Assembly (NCBI GenBank): GCA_041498975.1
Contig: JBGQJI010000040.1
Location: 1-17,229, forward strand
DNA length: 17,229 bases
Direction of reading: 5' to 3'
From: Candidatus Methylomirabilis sp.
Lineage (GTDB): Bacteria > Methylomirabilota > Methylomirabilia > Methylomirabilales > Methylomirabilaceae
In this document: one piece after another, positions 16,888 through 17,229 of the stretch
How the letters are laid out: each line of letters opens with the position of its first letter
How positions within the stretch are numbered: position 1 is the stretch's first letter
Notes under the pieces: model-generated
Database searches by the model: none
What the model was told of the DNA's origin: nothing
What the model saw: the letters and a program-made list of their open reading frames with translations, nothing else
Made by a program: the position numbers and the translations under genes

Positions 16888-17208
16888 ATGATTACCCTCA
16901 CTGAGTCGGCCGCCACCAAGCTGGCCGACCTCCTCAAGACCCAGGCCAAGCCCGAGGACGGCCTCCGCGTCCGTGTCGTCGGCGGCGGCTGCTCCGGCCT
17001 CTCCTACCAGTTCGAGTTCGATCAGCCCGAGCCCGCCGACCAGGTCTTCGAGGCCCACGGCGTCAAGGTGTTGGTGGACCCGAAGAGCTACCTCTACCTG
17101 GCCGGCACGGAGATCGACTACACCGATGGCCTGCAGGGGGCCGGCTTCAACCTGAAGAACCCCAACGCGAAGGGCGGCTGCGGCTGCGGGTCGTCCTTCA
17201 CGGCGTAG
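16888..17208 (+). CDS. iscA: A-type Fe-S carrier protein (IscA/HesB family)
   Basis: 106 aa from ATG 16888 with AAGGAGG SD. GGGCSGLSY, VDPKS, GTEIDY and NPNAKGGCGCGSSF. Confidence 0.93.
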   Translation: MITLTESAATKLADLLKTQAKPEDGLRVRVVGGGCSGLSYQFEFDQPEPADQVFEAHGVKVLVDPKSYLYLAGTEIDYTDGLQGAGFNLKNPNAKGGCGCGSSFTA

Positions 17209-17229
17209 GGGCAGGGGTTCCCTGCGAAG

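Noticed and set aside
16871..16891. Selenocysteine read-through fusing the small ORF to iscA
   Set aside because: The two are in different frames, and another TGA follows six codons later.

Overview
GC-rich bacterial chromosomal window with no transposase, integrase, CRISPR array or rRNA/tRNA. The left half is on the - strand: amidohydrolase, thyX, a secreted cyclase-family hydrolase, a secreted double helix-hairpin-helix (ComEA-like) protein, a small secreted OB-fold-like protein, a solitary leuC, and the 5' end of another secreted protein. The right half is on the + strand and starts at a near-consensus sigma70 promoter: short nuoG-like, nuoB, nuoI, moaA, Rieske ferredoxin, trxB, moeA, apgM. 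A perfect-consensus promoter then precedes a MerR-family regulator with a C-terminal Cys cluster, iscS and iscA. Two points stand out. (1) A Cys-rich MerR protein sits where IscR normally heads the isc genes. (2) Fe-S-carrying subunits (NuoG/B/I, MoaA, LeuC) occur without their usual Fe-S-free partner genes, next to Fe-S assembly genes. Intergenic DNA holds two copies of a composite palindromic repeat, one submodule of which has inserted in frame into nuoI. It also holds heptamer tandem arrays and a ~170-nt multi-stem candidate ncRNA. All calls come from reading motifs by eye; no database searches were run.
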